Origin: an uncultured Chloroflexota bacterium
GTDB taxonomy: Bacteria; Chloroflexota; Dehalococcoidia; Lucifugimonadales; GCA-002694895
Length of the DNA stretch: 40,684 nucleotides
Assembly: GCA_950054395.1 (NCBI GenBank)
Contig: CATLOZ010000003.1
Span: 1-40,684, forward strand
Reading direction: 5' to 3'
The notes beneath the pieces were generated by a model. The model did not search any database. It had not been told where the DNA came from and saw nothing but the letters and a program-made list of their open reading frames with translations. The translations under genes and the position numbers were made by a program. Shown here piece after piece: positions 38,518 through 40,684 of this stretch. Each line of letters begins with the position of its first letter. Positions within the stretch are counted from its first letter, which is position 1.

Positions 38518-39441
38518 ATGGCGCTAAAATCTGGAAGTAAGAAAGTTTCATCTGATAAAACTAATACTGGAACGTGGAAAGTAAAAGCAGGATTAGCTCA
38601 GATGTTAAAAGGTGGAGTAATTATGGATGTTGTTACATCAGAACAAGCTAAAATTGCAGAGGATGCAGGTGCGTGTGCTGTAATGGCTTTAGAAAGAGTT
38701 CCATCTGATATAAGAAAAGATGGTGGGGTTGCAAGAATGTCTGACCCTAGTATGATTGCAGGAATTATTGATGCGGTTACCATACCAGTTATGGCAAAAG
38801 CTCGTATTGGACATTTTGTTGAAGCCCAAATTCTTGAAGAAATGGGAGTTGATTATATTGATGAATCAGAAGTTTTAACACCTGCAGATGAAAATAACCA
38901 TATAAATAAACATAATTTTAAAGTTCCTTTTGTTTGTGGTTGCAGAGATCTTGGCGAAGCTTTACGTAGAATTGGTGAAGGGGCAGCAATGATCCGTACA
39001 AAAGGTGAGGCTGGTACTGGAAATGTAGTGGAAGCAGTAAGACATGCCAGATCAGTTCTAGGTGAGGTTAAAAGGATTCAAACTATGGATGCTACTGAAT
39101 TAATGTCTCTTGCAAGAGATCTAAAAGCTCCTTATGAATTAATTAGAGGAATTCATGATAACGGTAAATTGCCAGTAGTTAATTTTTCTGCTGGTGGTAT
39201 TGCTTCTCCAGCTGATGCTGCGCTAATGATGCAGATAGGTGTTGAAGGAGTTTTTGTTGGATCAGGAATTTTCAAATCAGAAAACCCTGATGTTATGGCC
39301 AAGGCAATAGTAAAAGCAACAACACATTATAATGATCCGGAAATGTTGGTAGAAATTTCAAAAGGACTTGGATCTTCAATGCCAGGCCTTGATGTTAGAA
39401 CTATGCCAGAGGATCAAAAAATGGCACAGAGAGGTTGGTGA
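38518..39441 (+). CDS. pdxS: Pyridoxal 5'-phosphate synthase lyase subunit
   Basis: [40 protein letters not shown]-terminal QRGW. Confidence 0.98.
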   Translation: MALKSGSKKVSSDKTNTGTWKVKAGLAQMLKGGVIMDVVTSEQAKIAEDAGACAVMALERVPSDIRKDGGVARMSDPSMIAGIIDAVTIPVMAKARIGHFVEAQILEEMGVDYIDESEVLTPADENNHINKHNFKVPFVCGCRDLGEALRRIGEGAAMIRTKGEAGTGNVVEAVRHARSVLGEVKRIQTMDATELMSLARDLKAPYELIRGIHDNGKLPVVNFSAGGIASPADAALMMQIGVEGVFVGSGIFKSENPDVMAKAIVKATTHYNDPEMLVEISKGLGSSMPGLDVRTMPEDQKMAQRGW

Positions 39442-39445
39442 AAAT

Positions 39446-40018
39446 TTGCATATAGGTGTTTTAGCTCTTCAGGGAGACTATGCCGAACATATAAATATGC
39501 TGCAATCAAATAATGCTGATGTTTCTGAAATAAGATTACCATCTCAGTTGGATGATGTAGATGGACTCATAATTCCAGGTGGTGAAAGTACAACTATTGT
39601 TCAACTTATAGATATATATGATTTTAGAACAAAATTAGTTGAGATGGCCTCTGAAGGGTTTCCTATTTGGGGGACTTGTGCCGGAATGATTGTTATGGCG
39701 AGAGAATTAACTGATCATAGGCCAGCCCCGCTGAATTTAATGAATATAAAAGTAAGTAGAAATGCTTTTGGAAGACAAATAGATAGCTTTGAAGAAGATT
39801 TAACTATTAAAGGAATTGAGGGAAAATTCCCTGCAGTTTTTATAAGAGCACCTATAGTAGTGGAAAATGATTCAAGTGTTGATATATTGTGTTCTATAGA
39901 TAAACCTTCAGGTCCTGTAGCAGTTCAACAAGGGAAGTTATTAGCCACATCTTTTCACCCTGAATTAACCAATGATAGCAGAATGCATGAATATTTTTTA
40001 TCAATAGTAAAAATGTAG
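39446..40018 (+). CDS. pdxT: Pyridoxal 5'-phosphate synthase glutaminase subunit
   Basis: GVLALQG, PGGEST, GTCAGM, RNAFGRQ, FIRAP, FHPE. Start set at TTG 39446, just after the pdxS stop. Confidence 0.96.
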   Translation: MHIGVLALQGDYAEHINMLQSNNADVSEIRLPSQLDDVDGLIIPGGESTTIVQLIDIYDFRTKLVEMASEGFPIWGTCAGMIVMARELTDHRPAPLNLMNIKVSRNAFGRQIDSFEEDLTIKGIEGKFPAVFIRAPIVVENDSSVDILCSIDKPSGPVAVQQGKLLATSFHPELTNDSRMHEYFLSIVKM

Positions 40019-40022
40019 TTAG

Positions 40023-40684
40023 TTGGAAAAAGAATTAAATTTATTAATCAAAATATTACCTAAATACCTTTATGAGATTTTATCTAATCATAAAAATGTG
40101 GATAATCTTAATGAAATTGTTTTAGATTTTGGCAGACCGCCTGAGGCAAGATTTACAGACGGTTCAGAAATATTTAATGACTATGAAATATCGAAAGAAG
40201 ATTTAGATTATGTTCAAAAAGGGGTAGGTAAGTTTATGCCTGATAATCGCGCGGGTATACAAAGGACACTTCATAGAATTTCTGCAATAAGAAATAGAGA
40301 GAATAAAATTATAGGTTTGACATTGAGGGTAGGCAGAGCAATTGAGGGAGCCATAGATATTATTCGAGATATTGTCCAAAAAGGGGAGAGTGTTTTAATT
40401 TTAGGACCTCCTGGAGTTGGTAAAACTACAATGTTGCGAGAAGTAGCAAAATTTTTAGCTGACGAAATGAATAAAAGAGTCATAATTGTTGATACATCTA
40501 ATGAAATCGCCGGAGATGGAGATATATCTCATCCAGCGATAGGCAATGCTAGAAGAATGCAGGTAAATTCACCTGTAATGCAACATTCGGTGATGATAGA
40601 GGCAGTAGAAAATCATATGCCTGAAGTTATTGTTATTGATGAAATTGGAACTAATGCAGACGCTCTGGCTGCCAGAACTATTGC
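40023..40684 (+). CDS. Ycf45/SpoIIIAA-like AAA ATPase (partial, runs off the right edge)
   Basis: Not in the track. From TTG 40023: MEKELNLL...EIVLDFGRPPEARF...DNRAGIQRTLHRISAIRNR...GLTLRVGRA...GPPGVGKTT...VDTSNEIAGDGD...VENHMPEVIVIDEIG. Confidence 0.92.
   Translation, partial: MEKELNLLIKILPKYLYEILSNHKNVDNLNEIVLDFGRPPEARFTDGSEIFNDYEISKEDLDYVQKGVGKFMPDNRAGIQRTLHRISAIRNRENKIIGLTLRVGRAIEGAIDIIRDIVQKGESVLILGPPGVGKTTMLREVAKFLADEMNKRVIIVDTSNEIAGDGDISHPAIGNARRMQVNSPVMQHSVMIEAVENHMPEVIVIDEIGTNADALAARTI

Noticed and set aside
39368-39445. Long pdxS/pdxT overlap in the ORF track
   Set aside because: PdxT homology starts at TTG 39446, which has a plausible ribosome-binding site in the pdxS tail.
2324-40483. 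Short track ORFs nested in real genes (2324, 4323, 9907, 11069, 11499, 16010, 16535, 18846, 20572, 20962, 21638, 23104, 24527, 29740, 31871, 33277, 37161, 37437, 37782, 38598, 40271)
   Set aside because: Antisense or off-frame shadows of well-supported genes, with no recognisable motifs.
1-40684. CRISPR array, transposase, phage or defence genes, inteins
   Set aside because: No regularly spaced repeats or matching protein motifs were seen by eye, and conserved proteins have no intein-sized inserts.

Overview
AT-rich, tightly packed bacterial chromosome segment (GC visibly low, roughly 30% by eye, not computed), made almost entirely of core genes. The gene content suggests a streamlined Chloroflexota (Dehalococcoidia/SAR202-like) genome, but this is inference from the T-box, fused AccD-AccA, FabL, Ycf45-like ATPase and MshA/MshD-like genes. 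Left to right: partial Fur-family regulator; unusual lipoprotein-SulP-thiolase run; VOC protein; structured ~390 bp intergenic region; tRNA-Trp(CCA); Maf; C69 peptidase; nadC; RNase P RNA; IscA/HesB and YgfZ; divergent fatty-acid cluster (two hot-dog proteins-plsX-fabG-fabL | yceD-rpmF-fabD-nusB-acpP); ftsK; accDA fusion; Leu(CUC) T-box-controlled ilvBNC-leuACD operon; thrC-GNAT-MshA-like GT4 converging on cupin-MshD-like GNAT; D-aminoacylase; PhnA-like hydrolase plus class III aminotransferase; glyA; dsRBD-less RNase III; type II glutamine synthetase; pdxST; partial Ycf45-like ATPase. No transposase, integrase, phage gene or CRISPR array was seen. Best leads: (1) a lipoprotein joining a pacifastin-type inhibitor motif to a gluzincin domain with an altered zinc ligand, with an amber codon in its signal peptide; (2) a candidate ncRNA upstream of tRNA-Trp; (3) a PhnA + beta-transaminase-like pair; (4) a HadAB-like dehydratase pair in place of fabZ; (5) a mycothiol-like gene group; (6) a motif-degenerate AccDA fusion.
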